Origin: a virus
Lineage: Duplodnaviria > Caudoviricetes
Length of the DNA: 37,032 bases
Direction: 5' to 3' (one strand)
IMG/VR virus record: IMGVR_UViG_3300032219_000696
Location: 1-37,032 of that record
Every line of letters starts with the position of its first letter. Positions within the stretch are counted from its first letter, which is position 1. Positions 35,826-37,032 of the stretch are shown piece after piece. Made by a program: the position numbers and the translations under genes. The notes beneath the pieces were generated by a model. It saw nothing but the letters and a program-made list of their open reading frames with translations, searched no databases and was not told where the DNA came from.

Positions 35826-37032
35826 ATGAGTCAATACAGGTCAACGGGTGGTTTAGATGACGCGATTGCCAGTGATGGTGACAAGGCGTTTAATAGTGTT
35901 AACCTGCGTGACCAGTTGAACCAGTTGCTGCTTACCGAGGTGAGGGAGAGCGTTAACGGGCGCATGGAGGGGTACTGGAAGCCGAGGAAGAGCGTTGAGA
36001 GCAGGACGGGTGCGCTGGTATCTGGTGGGAACCCGTTGCAGTTGCCGTTCCTTATTGTTGGCACAAGTATTGCAATTACTAATGCCACAAGAAGTGGTGA
36101 TACCATTACGCTTACTACTGCGTCAGCACACGGTTTGACTGCTGGTTCTAGGTTGTCCATCGAGGGTATTGGTTATACTTCTGGAACTGACCCTAATGGG
36201 TTATTTGTTGCGATTGCTCCAACATCTAGTTCCACGATTACTTATACGGTAACGGGTGCTGCTGGTTCCTACACTACTAGTGCAACCTCCGTGTTGACCA
36301 CTACGTCAAAAAAGATTTCCGTTGCTACGGTTACTAGTGGCGTTGTAACAATTACAATATTTGAGGCACACGGTTTGACTACTGGTGACTTTGTATCAAT
36401 CCAAGATGTTGTGTTTACTACTGGCACAAACCCAAATGGCAAGTTCCAGATAACGGTTACAAATACAACACAGTTTACATATGCCCTAGCATCTGGTGCA
36501 GGATCATATACGGTTGTTAACGCTTTGGCTAGCAAGCTATCTACCGAAATTACCACTGTTGCTTATGGTTCTAATCTTGTTACGCTTACTGTTGCTACAC
36601 ATGGCGTTGTGGCAGGACAAACAGGCAATGCAATTATTAGCGGCATTACATTTACTGGGGTTGACTACAACGGGGTTGTTTCGTTGACTGCCGCTACAAG
36701 TACTACTTTTACATTTGTGACGGCAGGGGTTACGGCTGTTGCAATAGTAGGAACAACGCCTAGAGTTACACAAATCCTTGTCAATGACTCTGCTGCTGGC
36801 AACGTCCGTGCGTCCTGCTTGTTTAGTAATCCTAACGAGCAATCCAAGGAGTATGTTATCGTAGCACTGGATACCGTTGCCAAGAAGATCGACCTTGATA
36901 CCTATGCGGTAACTACGATCACCTACCCAGCTTCACAGACGGTAGATGAGTTTACGGATATGCAGCAATGCTTTGACAAGGTGATCTTGTTCCGTGAGGG
37001 CAAGCAAGCACTTGTCTGGGATGGTACTAGTG
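35826..37032 (+). CDS. Tail nozzle/stabilisation protein, 5' part (absent from the ORF track because it runs off the end)
   Basis: MSQYRSTGGLDD...; open to the window end and in frame with 2-1903. Confidence 0.85.
   Translation, partial: MSQYRSTGGLDDAIASDGDKAFNSVNLRDQLNQLLLTEVRESVNGRMEGYWKPRKSVESRTGALVSGGNPLQLPFLIVGTSIAITNATRSGDTITLTTASAHGLTAGSRLSIEGIGYTSGTDPNGLFVAIAPTSSSTITYTVTGAAGSYTTSATSVLTTTSKKISVATVTSGVVTITIFEAHGLTTGDFVSIQDVVFTTGTNPNGKFQITVTNTTQFTYALASGAGSYTVVNALASKLSTEITTVAYGSNLVTLTVATHGVVAGQTGNAIISGITFTGVDYNGVVSLTAATSTTFTFVTAGVTAVAIVGTTPRVTQILVNDSAAGNVRASCLFSNPNEQSKEYVIVALDTVAKKIDLDTYAVTTITYPASQTVDEFTDMQQCFDKVILFREGKQALVWDGTS
36614..37032. repeat. Terminal overlap, copy 2
   Basis: Allelic match to 1-416. 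Confidence 0.97.

Noticed and set aside
1-37032. Integrase, repressor switch, tRNAs, alternative genetic code
   Set aside because: None recognisable; genes are intact and tightly packed under the standard code

Overview
The window is an apparently complete ~36.6 kb genome of a short-tailed (podovirus-like) dsDNA phage. Its ends overlap (1-416 vs 36614-37032) but carry two different alleles. It has two divergent arms separated by a ~1 kb non-coding control region (34445-35511). The + strand late arm runs: tail nozzle, small fibre, ejection proteins (one with a GH24 lysozyme domain), terminase, portal, scaffold, SU10-type capsid, adaptor, tail fibre, lysis genes and a metallophosphoesterase. 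The - strand early arm carries a Gp88-like protein, a stand-alone DnaA domain IV protein, RecT/RecE-like proteins, SSB, a DnaC-like ATPase, RuvC and DNA-modification genes. I recognise no integrase, polymerase, helicase, primase, ParA/ParB, tRNA or CRISPR. Four items stand out. (1) A perfect chromosomal-type parS palindrome plus four extra half-sites, with no phage ParB. (2) A promoter-to-terminator ~74 nt candidate sRNA whose unpaired core is complementary to start-codon regions of several early genes. (3) A minimal DpdA/TGT-like plus QueF-like 7-deazaguanine cassette. (4) A C5 methyltransferase with motif IX encoded in a fully overlapping second frame. All calls are by-eye motif recognition; no searches were run.
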